Assembly: GCF_001194135.2 (NCBI RefSeq)
Contig: NC_068987.1
Coordinates: forward strand, 6,452,983 to 6,509,939
Length of the DNA: 56,957 bases
Source of the DNA: Octopus bimaculoides
Taxonomy: Eukaryota
Reading direction: 5' to 3'
Positions 23,226 to 36,379 of this stretch are shown in pieces. The position numbers and the translations under genes are program-made. Positions within the stretch are counted from its first letter, which is position 1. Each line of letters opens with the position of its first letter. A model generated the notes under the pieces. That model was not told the origin of the DNA. It worked only from the letters and a program-made list of their open reading frames with translations, and searched no databases.

Positions 23226-24464
23226 CGTTTAATGATGCGCTTTCTATCGTTTTGTAGATAATCATGACCATGTGATCTGATAGTATACGATGTTGATGTT
23301 TCACATTTTTAGGTACAACAATGTGTAGACGCTTGATAGTAATTACGTCTGTAAAAGGCTTTGTGACTCACGTGGTTGGCTTGGGTTATTGTGTCTAGTC
23401 TACTATCTCCCATGTACACATACATTCATGCTTGTTCTTTCGTCTGCGTTTGTACCCACTCGTTGAACTTGAGCCTGCTTTTTATATTCACCTATAAACC
23501 CTTCCCCCACCATTTTGTTTTGTCGCTTTTCTTCTATAACATTTAATTAACATGCCCTTCAAATCCCCTGAGCACGCACACCCCTCCCTGTAGAATCGCT
23601 TTCCCGGGACAAGTCGACGGGAAAACCTCCCACACGCACACACATGCATAAGTAAGCATGGGTGCGTGTGGTCGTCCGTTCGACAGGACGAGAAATAGCA
23701 GCCAAGTAACCTCAGATCAAACATCCTACCATTTTATAAACGGGAGGACACATCAGGAGATAGATAAGCCCCTATATACAGACAGGATGGTCACGGCTTA
23801 AATATCTAGTTATAGATCTCGAAGCAGTGCTAATCGGAGGGGTTAACACTTTTCGAGCTGAACGAAGCGGGGAGTGTCCTATGCGCGAAATGGCAACCAA
23901 ATGCATCGTAAATAATTAAAGGATAATGTATTCCTTTTGATTAATGTATTTCTATTTAAATAAACGATCAAATAGGAACCAACGAGAAAGCTTCTTACAT
24001 GGAAGCCTGACTTGCTAGAAATAACAGTCGGACATCTCTAAAACCACACCCTTAAGGTATTATTAAATACAGAAACGATACATTGGATAATTTAATCCCT
24101 GGCAAAGGTAAAGAACACACACACGGCGTTTAGGGTTAGTGTTAGGGTTACGTTAGGTGGTGTGCGTATTCTTTTCCTCCGCCGTAATCTCCTATATGGT
24201 CGTAGCTGGAGAGCCGTTGATCATAGGTCTGTTCATTTGGGTCGTTCGTGGTTAAACAATAACTCTCTTATGTCCCCTAATAGACAAATGGTATCTATTT
24301 ATTTAACTGCCTTTTACCACTGCTCTTTTTTTTTCTCTCTCACGCACACAGAGGTGGGGATGGCTAACCATGTAGGGGAAAAGCCTACGTCGCCGATCGG
24401 AGAAATAGCAGCTAATCAGCAATCATTCGCTACCATCCTGTATGAAAACATTAAAAATATAAAT

Positions 24465-24600
24465 ATTTTTGTTTCAGTCGTTTGACTGCGGCCACGCTGG
24501 AGCACCGCCTTTTAGTCGAAGAAATCGACCCCAGGACTTACTCTTTGTAAAGCTTGGCCACTTATTCTATCAGTCTCTTTTGCCGAACAGCTACATTACG
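24465..24600 (-). mobile_element. SINE family B 3' module
   Basis: tgtttcagtcgtttgactgcggccacgctggagcaccgcc...tttgccgaac. Confidence 0.8.
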
Positions 24601-25257
24601 GGGGGAGGGGGATATCTAAAAAAAAAAAGGCAATAAACGTTTGATGTAATTCTGGGTTCATTGTACACGAGATGTTCATGGCCAGAAAACAACAAAAGAA
24701 AAAAAGAAACAAAATTGATAAGAGAGGTGAGAGAAATGCTTAAGAGATGATGCAATTGACCTAGGGCTAAAAAAACAAACAAACATCCGTGTACTCTTCG
24801 CATAGTTGTATACAAACGTGTTTTTTTTTTTGTTTTTTTAAATTTTATTTACGAAATAACACGATCATTTTGTACGAGAGAAACTATTTTAACCAATACC
24901 ACATCTGCTGCTTTTAGCCTTTCATACTCTCTCTCTGTGTATGCATGATGCACACATCATCATTACCTTATATATACATAGTCTATAAAGCTTAACCTAT
25001 CACCACCACCACTACTACTACTATCGCTACCACTACTATTACTACTACCATCACCCCTTCCTCCCCCTCTCTCATCACAGTAAGATGTCGGAAAAGATTC
25101 GTTTTACTATAAAACATGCTCCACGTGTGTTGTGTTACAGATTTTGTGTAATTCGAATTTTTCTGCTTATCTACAAATATTAATGAAAGTAAATGTTGCC
25201 TGTGTGGCCTTACATGCATCTGAAGTAGGTAAATGTGTGTGTGTGTACGTGTTAAGC

Positions 25258-25293
<36 letters not shown>

Positions 25294-26099
25294 ACGTGCT
25301 TTTAACATACTATGTTACACAGAATTCTTCAGAAATGCGTTTGTTGTATGCGTGTATGTGTGTGAGTGTGTGTTTAGAGAGAGATAGAGAGATGAAAGCA
25401 CAAATATATAATTGTTCTTATTCAAGTAGACGTATGTATGCGTGTATGTACGCATGTATGTGTGTATGAATGTGTGTATGAATGTGTGCATGTATGTATG
25501 AATGAATGTGTGCATATGTACCGACCTATTACTAAGTAATTACGTGCGCGCGCTCGTCGAACATATTTACACAAAAGATAATGTATATAGTAACCACTGT
25601 ACACAATAGATGTGTGCGTGCGCGCGCGCACATGTCTGTGTGTGTGTGTATATACGCGTGCACAAGTATAACAACGAAACACACCAAGATACACGTCTGT
25701 TACACATATTATACTACCTACAGAGCCATAAAGCCTTATCGTGTCAATCGACCTGCTAGAAATAGCAGCAAAATTTTCCTCAATTCCACCTAAATACCTT
25801 GTGACTAAACAAATACACCTAATTTAGTAAAAGACATCTAGAAAATTCTTGAGAAAAAAACACGTTAACTATTTAGATGCTGAGGTATAACTGCAGTTTA
25901 GTGCCCCACTTAGCTTGGGTTTTTTTTCCCCCCTCATAATTTTTTAAGTATAATGAATATATTATTTTGTGTAGTTTTGCAGCGTTACATTATCAGGGAT
26001 GTAAATGATAAAATTGTTGATGAAATATTTTTTAATTTAATATTTTTTGTTTGTTTTTGTTTTACTCAGCAAGAAAACACCTTCATACAGAGTGGCCGT

Positions 26100-26430
26100 G
26101 AGCATAGGCGCAGCGTGGTAAGAAGCTTGCTTTCCCAACCACATAATTCTGGGTTCAATCCCACTGCGTGATACCTTGGGCAAGTGTCTTCTACTATAGC
26201 CTCGGGGCCGACCAAAGCCTTGTGAGTGGATTTGGGAGACGGAAACTGAAAGAAGCCCGTCGTATATATATATATATGTGTTTGTACCCCATCATCGCTT
26301 AACGACCGATGCTGGCATTAGCAGTTCGTCAAAAGGGATCGATAGAATAAGTACTAGGCTTACAAAGAGTAAGTCCAGGGGTCGATTTGTTCGACTGAAA
26401 GGCGGTGCTCCAGTATGACCGCAGTCAAAT
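26100..26430 (+). mobile_element. SINE family B, near full length (another 3' piece at 26655-26800)
   Basis: gtggtaagaagcttgctttcccaacc...gacggaaactgaaagaagcccgtcg...ggcggtgctccagtatgaccgcagtc. Confidence 0.9.
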
Positions 26431-27460
26431 ATATTTTTATTAACCGTTCAAATAAATTGCATTTAACATCCCCTTTCATTATTACTCAATATCCTCTTTC
26501 GTTATTACTCAATATCAACATGCTTTTTAGAAATGAAATAACAGCTAAACTCTTTAAAGAGTGGGGGGGGGAGCAATTCGAGATAGGGGCACAGGATTGT
26601 TTTTGTGCATCCAAGTCACATGGTGTCAGGCTCGGTTTGATCCGGCTCTGGGCCACATCACTTAGCGGTTCGGCAACAACAGACTAAGGCTAGGACCCAC
26701 CAACACTCGGGTTGATTGTATGTTTGACTTTAAAAAAACCTTTCAAGGTGGTGCTCCAGCGTGACCGCAGTCTAAATACTTGAAACAGGTAAAAGAAGGT
26801 AAAGAGAGAAAAAAAAGAAATCGAATCAAAGCACGGGGATGGGCAAACGGGTCACGACTGAGAACGAATTCCATTCAAATAGGTGTGTTTGATTTAAACA
26901 ATACTTTCTCTACCCCATGATGATGATGATAATTGGACTCGGATCGCGTTTCTCTTAAAGTGGGTGATTCTTTTATCCAAGTGACGTACATCCACCTTCC
27001 CTCACACTTATTTCACAACCTACACTCGTTCACTCACTCATCACTACCACCACCGACATCAAAGCAACATTATCGATGCGTCTGCCCTCACTCACACACA
27101 CCACCACCAAGCGCTGGCAATCGTCGTCGTCCGCGCCAACATCAATGCCCCACCAGCGTCCGCCACCACTAACCACATCCGTCCATTCTTGCGAGAGAGA
27201 GAGAGAGATCATTGAGTTGAAGTTGTGACAGCCAATGAATCACCCAGTTGAAAGTGATAGTAGTAGCAGCAGTAGTAGTAGTAGTAGTAGTTATTTATGT
27301 TCAAACTATTGCATCATACTATAAGAAACGTGTGTGTATGTGTGTGTGTGCGTGTACTCGCGCTTGCTTTTAGCATGTGCTTGTGTGTGAGTGTTTATGA
27401 ATGTATCAAAAAGTATTGTGTAAATCGATATTATATATTTACGTGTATGCATATATTATA

Positions 27461-27494
<34 letters not shown>

Positions 27495-28082
27495 ATGCAT
27501 ATTATATCTATATATAAATATACACGTGTGTGTGAGAATTATATATAATAAAGGATACGTATACTATATATTAATACAATACACATACTATATACACTAA
27601 TGCGCGCGCGCGTAATAAATAAATAAATATATATATATATCTATATCTATCTATCTATATATATATATATATATACACGATATAATGATGTATGTAATTA
27701 GTCATAAGACTTTGTTTTAAGCTCTGGTAACGCTTATTTCGTTCTCAGGTTAAAAGCTGATTTGCTTCACTTAATTGCGTTAAAAATATTCGAGAAATGC
27801 TGGTTCTCCTCTCCAGAAATAAACACGAGACTTTGTGTTTATATTAAAAATGTCTTGTTTTGCCCAAGTAGCAATGTAAAAAAAAAAAAAAAAGGGCAGG
27901 GGTCGGTTTGAATTGGTGGTATTATCGATATTTGAGTATTAACTTGGTTGTTTTATTGGATTTAGATTAGTATTTGAGAGGGGAGAAGAGCAAGATGAGA
28001 TGGATTATCAACGAAATTTGGAATAAAACTGTATACGTGGTAGCTTTATAAATGTTTTATTTGCTTGTGTTTGCGTATTTTT

Positions 28083-28133
<51 letters not shown>

Positions 28134-28734
28134 CATTGCAAGTGTGTGTATATATGAGGGCAAGGGTGAGTAAGTGAGTGAGAGAGAGAGGTCTGCGTTA
28201 GGGGTTTATGTGGGGGATACTTGTCTGGCGGTTTGTGTGAATGTGTGCGTGGGAGAGAGATTAAGACGAGACATTACTTGAAACAACCCCACCGAATGAA
28301 CACAAAAGCAACGTTTATTTTTCATTGTAGTCGTACATACATGTACTCTGCACAGTGAAATCCATCATCATCATCGTCATAAATAGCTTCAGTTTTCATT
28401 AACGAATAACCCTTGCGGCACAATTACCTAAATGTACCCCCACACATTATTTTGTTTCGACGTAACTTTCTGAAAAATGGATATTTTTTTTCATGAAATT
28501 TTCAACAAATATCTCTGAGATGATGTAGATTACATTTATATCAGANNNNNNNNNNATGCACTTCGACTTTGTTTCCTTATATATTTTAATGATGTTGATT
28601 ACAGTTTGTTGAACAAAATTATTTTTCGGATTATTTCACCCTTTTCTTCTGAAATTTGTAAAATGAATTTTGTTTTCTTTTTGAATAAAATGAAAAATTG
28701 CCAGGCATAATATTAAAAAAAAAAAAAATTATCT

Positions 28735-28965
28735 TTGGTGCAATCGTGTAAGAAATTTGCTTCCCACCCACATAGTTCCAGAGATCAACCCCACTGTGTG
28801 ACACCTTGGGCAAGTGTCTTCCACTATAGCCTCGGGGTGACCAAGTGGATTTGATAGGCGGGTACTGAAAGAAGTCCGTCGCATGCACAGATGCATATAT
28901 ACACGTGTGTGGTCTGACTGCCGCTTGACAACCGGTGTCGGTAGGTTTACATCCCAGTAACAGCT
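28735..28965 (+). mobile_element. SINE family B, degenerate
   Basis: ttgcttcccaccacatag...gacaccttgggcaagtgtcttccactatagcctcgggg. Confidence 0.75.
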
Positions 28966-29020
28966 AGTGGTCGGGGTGACGCACTTATGGCCCCGTTGTG
29001 TTTACGAAATTACAAATAAT

Positions 29021-29165
29021 GCACAACGATCTTCACTACCATAGTTATCTAACCTCCACTCTTTATGGCAGCCAGGGTTAGGGTTAAGGTTCTGGTTTAG
29101 GGACGGAATTCCCTAACCATAAAACCCTAACCCTAACACCCTAGTGAAAATCGTGCGGGTGTTAA
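29021..29165. mobile_element. Palindromic element with head-to-head TTAGGG/CCCTAA-like repeats
   Basis: cgatcttcactac ... (ggttag)n-gggacggaattccc-(taaccc)n ... ctagtgaaaatcg. Related copy at 53869-54015. Confidence 0.75.
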
Positions 29166-29209
29166 TCTGAAAATTTACCACCAAATCTCCCTCAAACGAC
29201 ACCCTACAC

Positions 29210-29429
29210 CAGAGGTTCCCAACATGTGATCCGCCAAGATAGTACTGGGAGTCACTGCCCGTCAAACCCCAAAGATCCCAAAATATACAAGTATACGAAG
29301 TTTGAAAGTGTTTCGGTACCAAAAACACTACATAAAAAATGTTGCCCGTCAAACCCCAAAGATCCTCAAAATATGTAAATATATGTGTGTGTATGTGTCC
29401 TTGGTAGTGAAAAAGTAGGGGAACCACTG
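29210..29429. mobile_element. hAT-superfamily MITE with perfect 8-bp TSD
   Basis: TIRs cagaggttccc / ggggaaccactg. TSD ccctacac at 29202-29209 and 29430-29437. Internal direct repeat tgcccgtcaaaccccaaagatcc x2. Confidence 0.9.
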
Positions 29430-29821
29430 CCCTACACTATTCAAAAGTGAGGGACAAATTGGATAGTTTTAGATAGGCAATGTACCTGGAGCAGAATGAG
29501 AGGTCATGGTGTGCACACATTCGATTATAGCTCTGCTCAGTCACCAGTAAGCTCATGCGCGTGTGTATATATACGTGTTTACACGTATATATATATAGTA
29601 GTACACATGTACAAAGGCAGACGACATAACATTTTCTATGCAAACGCACGTGGTGCAAAGTTACAGCGTCTCCGGCGAACGACGATGATAACAGCGCCAA
29701 GGCTTGCACAAGAAAACGTGCGCAATACGACAAAATGTTCCAACATTGCGAGGAGAATAAACAAAACGAGGAAACCTAGAAGAAAAGAAAAATGGAACAA
29801 AATCAATCCATATATATGTAG

Positions 29822-29985
29822 GCGCAGGAGTGACTGTGTGGTTAAGTAGCTCGCTTACCAACCACATGGTCCTGGGTTCAGTCCCACTGCGTGGCATCTT
29901 CGGTAAGTGTTTTTTACTATGGCCTTGGGTTGACCAAAGCTTTGTGAGTGGATTTGGTTGACAGAAACTGAAAGAAACTTGTCGT
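29822..29985 (+). mobile_element. SINE family B 5' module
   Basis: gcgcaggagtgactgtgtggttaagtagctcgcttaccaaccacatgg...gaaactgaaagaaac. Confidence 0.85.
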
Positions 29986-30174
29986 AAAAACGCAAATCAA
30001 AAAGCCCGTTCGTTTAGCATAGAGGCTCGTCATTCGTTTTGAATTTATCAAAAACATAATCCCTTTTCCGATGAGCCGAAACAAACACCTAACAATTTCA
30101 CAGAATTGAGTTCATATCTGGCAGAAATGGATGGATGTACATATGTACGAACGTACAATAGCTGTGATTTAGAG

Positions 30175-30371
30175 CAGTGCTCCGCAGCCGGTGTGCCGCG
30201 GGACACTGGTGTGTCCACAAGACGATGCTAGGTGTGCCGCAGTGTAACCTGAATATAATTTTTTCCCCTTATACTTTTAAGTTATATTTTCAGTTCAGGT
30301 CTGCCGCCGATTTTTGAAAAGAATATAAATGTAACGCAAATGAAAAATAAAATATGGTTGCGGAGCAAGTG
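30175..30371. mobile_element. hAT-like MITE
   Basis: TIRs cagtgctccgcagcc / ggttgcggagcaagtg. No TSD visible. Confidence 0.55.
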
Positions 30372-31882
30372 AAAAAACAAGAACGAGGGAGGCTCATGTT
30401 TAGGCCTTTTCTCTTAAAGATAGAATCCCAATCACATGGTCTCTGTGAGAATGCAAGGAGACGTGATTATGGCACACGAAGTACACACCGTTTATATTAT
30501 TAAAGAAAGCAAATAAATGAATAAATTAATAACATACAATAGTATTAACTACAAAAATCACTAAAGAAATAAAATGATAGCCTTTAGCTTGTTTTTTTTT
30601 CCCGCTCTTTTCTCTCCGTCCAAACAAAGTGAAAGTGCATATACTAACGCACGTGTGTGGCTTGCGAAATCAAGATGGAGGCTACAGAAGGCCGCCACCG
30701 TCGTCATGGCAGCGCTTGCTGTAATTACTACTACAATGACGACGACGATTACTACTACTACTACTACTACTATTACTAATAATGTATATCACTTTCTGCT
30801 ATAAAGACACCATCACCACCATCTCTATCAGACCGCGGACAAAACACTCGTCTATGTAACATACCAAGCGAACCCGTTTGACATCATCATATTCTAAGAG
30901 AGAGAGAGAGAGTGCGGCGAACACTGACTGAATGGCGTGTCTTGATGGTGGTGGTGGTGGTGACGTCGGAGGTGTGTCTCGTATTTCCTTTCATCGATAC
31001 ATATAAAAAAATTGCGATCGCAGCCAGCCACATGACTCGCTTTTAAGTGCACGTGTGTGTGTGTGTATGTGCGTGCATGTGCGCGCGCGTATGTGTATGT
31101 GTGAGCGTCAATGTATTTAAAAGCTTACGTGTAGTTCCGGGACTGTTTTTTTTTTTTATTATATTATCGATCGCGAACTTCCCAATCGACATTTTCCGTC
31201 AAAGTGACCCTGCACGTGTTTATTACTTAGTCCTAAACCAACCCTTTTCCAAACTGACCAATGATGAAAAAGCTTTTCCAACTCAACCGTGACCATCACT
31301 TTTTTTTGCAAGAATCTAACACTACATTATCGCACTGCCCCCTTTTAAAGATGGTTGGCAGTGAAGATTTGGCTTCTATTTCTAGCAGGATAGGCAGTCG
31401 CTTTGTCTCGTCTTTCTTTCATTCCCTTTTTTTAAGGTGGTTGGGAGTGGCGAAGCTAAATAGCTGCTATTTCAAGCCAGACAAACTACCGCTTTGTCGC
31501 GTCTTTCACCCCCTTTTAAAGATAGCTAGAAGTGGTGGAGATTTGACTGCTATTTCTAGCAACTGTTGTCTCATCTTTCTCAGCAGTAAGCAGTAATTGA
31601 TTCTATAACATAGAGGTTACTGGAGTGATTTCTATTGGAACTTTCTGTTGTTGTTTAACTCAAGGCCAACCTGATCGAAGAATGACCCACGATGAAAAGA
31701 CTTTCTCTCTATAATCTGCTCGTTTTTTTCCTGCAGACATAAATCTTTTGCATAAAAGATAGCAGTGTGACATTTGAGAGTATTAACTGGCTGCGATTTC
31801 TAGCGGGTCGGGCTACAAACGTAGTCATTATTTCACTGGTCCGTTTGGAAGAAGGGGCAAGTGAGCGGATATACATACATGT

Positions 31883-32008
31883 GGCGATCCTTCGGTATTG
31901 GTCTGCAGCGTGTCAGTATGAGCAGACAACCTCATTCACCCATTACCTATGACATAAGGGAAGATTACGCGGATGGACGACGTCGTGTACCAATACCGAA
32001 GGATTGCC
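31883..32008. mobile_element. 126-bp MITE-like element with 20-bp TIRs (1 mismatch)
   Basis: ggcgatccttcggtattggt / accaataccgaaggattgcc. Confidence 0.7.
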
Positions 32009-32859
32009 CCTACACGTGTGTATGTATGTATGTATGTATGTATGTATGTATGTATGTATGTATGTATGTATNNNNNNNNNNNNNNNNNNNNNNNNNNNNN
32101 NNNNNNNNNNNNNNNNNNNNNNNNNNNNNNNNNNNNNNNNNNNNNNNNNNNNNNNNNNNNNNNNNNNNNNNNNNNNNNNNNNNNNNNNNNNNNNNNNNNN
32201 NNNNNNNNNNNNNNNNNNNNNNNNNNNNNNNNNNNNNNNNNNNNNNNNNNNNNNNNNNNNNNNNNNNNNNNNNNNNNNNNNNNNNNNNNNNNNNNNNNNN
32301 NNNNNNNNNNNNNNNNNNNNNNNNNNNNNNNNNNNNNNNNNNNNNNNNNNNNNNNNNNNNNNNNNNNNNNNNNNNNNNNNNNNNNNNNNNNNNNNNNNNN
32401 NNNNNNNNNNNNNNNNNNNNNNNNNNNNNNNNNNNNNNNNNNNNNNNNNNNNNNNNNNNNNNNNNNNNNNNNNNNNNNNNNNNNNNNNNNNNNNNNNNNN
32501 NNNNNNNNNNNNNNNNNNNNNNNNNNNNNNNNNNNNNNNNNNNNNNNNNNNNNNNNNNNNNNNNNNNNNNNNNNNNNNNNNNNNNNNNNNNNNNNNNNNN
32601 NNNNNNNNNNNNNNNNNNNNNNNNNNNNNNNNNNNNNNNNNNNNNNNNNNNNNNNNNNNNNNNNNNNNNNNNNNNNNNNNNNNNNNNNNNNNNNNNNNNN
32701 NNNNNNNNNNNNNNNNNNNNNNNNNNNNNNNNNNNNNNNNNNNNNNNNNNNNNNNNNNNNNNNNNNNNNNNNNNNNNNNNNNNNNNNNNNNNNNNNNNNN
32801 NNNNNNNNNNNNNNNNNNNNNNNNNNNNNNNNNNNNNNNNNNNNNNNNNNNNNNNNNNN

Positions 32860-32860
<1 letters not shown>

Positions 32861-32906
<46 letters not shown>

Positions 32907-33115
32907 TTGTGTGTCTGTGTTTGTCCCCCTAGCATTGCTTGACAACCGATGCTGATGTGTTTATGTCCCCGATACTTAGCGGTTCGGCAAAAGGGAACCG
33001 ACAGGATAAGTACTCGGCTTACAAAGAATAAGTCCCGGGGTCGATTTGCTCAACTCAAGGCGGTGCTCCAGCATGGCCGCAGTCAAATGACTGAAACAAG
33101 TAAAAGAGTAAACGA
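32861..33115 (+). mobile_element. SINE family B (TA)n plus 3' module (5' part probably inside the gap)
   Basis: gcttgacaaccgatgctgatgtg...cttagcggttcggcaaaa...gaaacaagtaaaagagta. Confidence 0.85.
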
Positions 33116-34319
33116 GTACACACACACACAGATGTATCAGGTGTTTAAATGGGAAGACGGTCTGGGTTTAGCAGCCTTAGAAGACAGTCAGATTAAAAGG
33201 ACAACTTTGAGCCTAAAACCTTAAAACCTGTGAGGACTAATTCTGGTAGTGAATCAGGTTGGAAGAGAACTCGGAGTTCATATAGCCGCATGGCTGAGGT
33301 TACATTCTCACTGTGTAAACACTGCTGGCTGGTGTTTTGCACTGTAGCAGTAAGTTCACCAATACTTTGGGAGTGAAATTTGGTAGATGGAAACTGGAAG
33401 AAGCCCATATGTGTGTGTGCAGGCATGAGTATATATTCCCATTGTTTTGATATGTGTATGCTGACTGTAAACAAAAAGTTGCCATTTTATACAAACGGTG
33501 TCATTTGTTTACAATTATCTGTGAAAACATGTCTGGGCCGTTGGTTGTTTGATAGGCTAGGGAAAATATTATTTTGTTTGGAAACAGGTGTGAGTTGGTG
33601 ACAGGAAGAGCATCCATCTGTAGAAACCTGTGACATTGGAGCAACACATATTAAACCTTGTTGAACCTTTCACCCTATGTTAGTATAAGAAAGCTGATGT
33701 AAAATGCTGCTGTTATCTTACCTGAGGGGATAAACATTGGTATTTGAACATGGGACAGAAATGTAGTGGCTCTTCAGACCTCCATAGAAATCAGCGTTTT
33801 GCTTTCTCCTCCTTCGTAACCAGCAACAAGAACTAGAAATAATAACCAAATCTCTCTTAAATCACATTCTATTTAAAAAAAAAAAAGAAACAATAGGCAA
33901 TGTGAAAATGGAGAGATGGTCATGACGTGAAACCTTTTAATTTGTTGGTCTGCTCAACCAGGACTGACCTGGGGCTATATGACAACCAACAATAATGACA
34001 CATGTGGTGCCTATTGGTTATGACCATTAACATAAGGGAGATATCTATTTCCTCAGCACAATTACATGAATCTGTAAGTGGTGGGTGACAACTAACAGAA
34101 CTTAGTTTTATTTAGAAGATGTAAAACCAAATTGCTCACCTTGGATTCAAGTGATGTAACAACCTACCATTTTTGTCAGCCAATCACCTTAAATGAGATA
34201 CCTGGGCCTTGGGGTACCTTAACCATCCAGGAAAGTTGCAATGCAGACAACAGCACAGAAGGGTATCCAGATCATGACCTGGGTGTGGCCTGGCCCCTTT
34301 GAGTGTAAGGAGAGCTTCT

Positions 34320-34548
34320 CTAACCCTTTAGCATTTAAACCGGCCATATCCAGCCAAAAGTATTCTGCCTGTTTTATGTTCAAACTGGCCAGATCTGGTC
34401 TCTCACACCAACCCTACAATATCATTTTAAAAATTAACAGCTACCTCATCAAAATCTCATAGCTACAAGATAATGCATGATTACTTCAAAACAATGTGGA
34501 TAAAAAAGCATTAATTTTGGCAGAATAATGCAAACACTAAAGGGCTAA
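34320..34548 (+). mobile_element. piggyBac-type MITE family H with CTAA target duplication
   Basis: ctaa-CCCTTTAGcattt ... aaacaCTAAAGGG-ctaa. Confidence 0.8.
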
Positions 34549-35374
34549 AGACCTTCTGTTGTTCTGCATTCCTTAGCATTTCCTATTCCCCCTTTTTTTT
34601 AAAAAGGGAATCTAAAGTGAGATGCTGTATCTTTCATGCCTTCCCATTTGCAGTGTCAGCTGTTATTGTCATTTAGCCCCTGGTCAGCTCTAATTGAGTA
34701 GACCTAAGATCAAAGGTATTCTGGCCATGACCATCCAGTGTTTTTTTTTACCTGTGTCTCAAGAATGCAGGACATCTTTATGGAACTTCTTTGCAAACAT
34801 GGTAGGGTGTAACTTGAACGAATGAGATAGTTATTTCTAGCAAGTTGAGTGACCATGTTGGTTCTCAGAATGTCAGTGAAATGAAATGGGAATCGAAACC
34901 TGGTTGGGTGTTGGTGTGCTTGGAACTCTCTGGAGATTCCTGAAAATAATAGCATCATTGATTATAATAATTTCCTATATAAAAGTAATGTTCAAGATTT
35001 ATAAAAGACATCAAAGTGGAAATTGTTATTTACGCCAACTTCGGAATTGGAACTTGATTATGATTTTCGGGGTCGCATCTTATCCGTTAACCTTTTGTTT
35101 CTTTCAGTCATTGGATTGTTGCTCATTCACAACCCTACAAGCACTGATAAATAGTCAAGTGAATATTTCGAAATCAATCTGAAGTCACGGGATGCTTTAG
35201 TTGCCAATTCTTTTAGCAATCGATGATCAGCAATTATGTCAGTTCCACTTGCCTGGTCTGTTTCTGAGTTACCAAAGACAAGATGCTAACAGACAGTCAT
35301 TAATATTGATTTCCTGCACAAACGCAAAATATCCTCAAATTTACAGGAAAATGAAAATGAAACGATGTTGTGAT

Positions 35375-35525
35375 GTTCTGAGTTCAAATTCTGCTGAGGT
35401 TGACTTTGCCTTTCATCCTTTCAGGGTTGATAAATTCAGTACCAGTTGCGTACTGGTGTCCATCTAATAGATTGGCCCCCCCCACCCCAATTTTCAGGCC
35501 TTGTACCTAGAGCAGAAAAGAATAT
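35375..35525 (+). mobile_element. SINE family A, 5'-truncated
   Basis: gttctgagttcaaattctgctgaggttgactttgcctttcatcc...ccttgtacctagagcagaaaag. Confidence 0.85.
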
Positions 35526-35569
35526 TATTAAGACCCTCATATAATTATAGACAGCTAAGGTGCCTAAGT

Positions 35570-35860
35570 CTTCATCATTGTTTAACGTCTGCTTTCCATG
35601 CTCGCATGAGTTAGACAATTTAACTGAGGACTGGTGAACCGGATGGCTACACCAGGCTCCAATCTGATTTGGCAGAGTTTCTACAGCTGGATGCCCTTCC
35701 TAATGCCAACTACTCCAAGAGTGTAGTGGGTGCTTTTACGTGCCACCGGCACGAAGGCCAATCAGGCGGTACTGGCAACGGCGATGCTCAAAATGGTGTT
35801 TTTTACGTGCCACCTGCACAGGAGCTAGTCCAGCGGCACTGGCAATGACCTCGCTCGAAT
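35570..35860 (-). mobile_element. RTE 3'-UTR (family C) copy
   Basis: catcattgtttaacgtctgctttccatgc...ctacagctggatgcccttcctaatgccaac...gtgccaccggcac. Confidence 0.85.
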
Positions 35861-36379
35861 GTCTTATATAAAGTAAAAAAGGATTGATGGTTCATAGCTT
35901 ATAGTTGATGTGGGCTAAGTCTATCTAGCTATGAGTAAGTACCATAAGAAAGTGCACAACCTGTTACTGAATGAAGTACAAGCATTGTTACAGGAGCATA
36001 ATGAATAATTTTGTTGACCTGTAGTTTTGATGAAAGACATATTTCTGAAGTCTGTTCAACTAATTAATAATAATCCATTGATGGCTCTAACCAATTAGTA
36101 AAAGTAAAGCAATTGACTTTAATCATTGCAATTAGCTGAGATAAATAATTATTGATTTATTAATCCTACATATATAGATAAAAATTTTGAAGATACCAGA
36201 TTATTTTCATGGGTAGCAAAACGTGTACACATTTGCAATAGTCATGGAGGAGAATATCTATGGCACTTGTGTGGCTAAGATGTTTGCTCTGCAACCATTA
36301 CGGCCTTGGGGTGACCAATGCTTTGTCAGTAAATTTGGTACATGAAAACTGCACGGTTTTATTGGATGCACCCCAATTT

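Noticed and set aside
26930-27240. Possible promoter (CCAAT at 27232, locally CpG-richer)
   Set aside because: Only one short motif and no linked exon.
34886-35360. Unique-looking ORF fragments (including a DFRGR string)
   Set aside because: Multiple stops and no coherent homology. A five-residue motif is not evidence.
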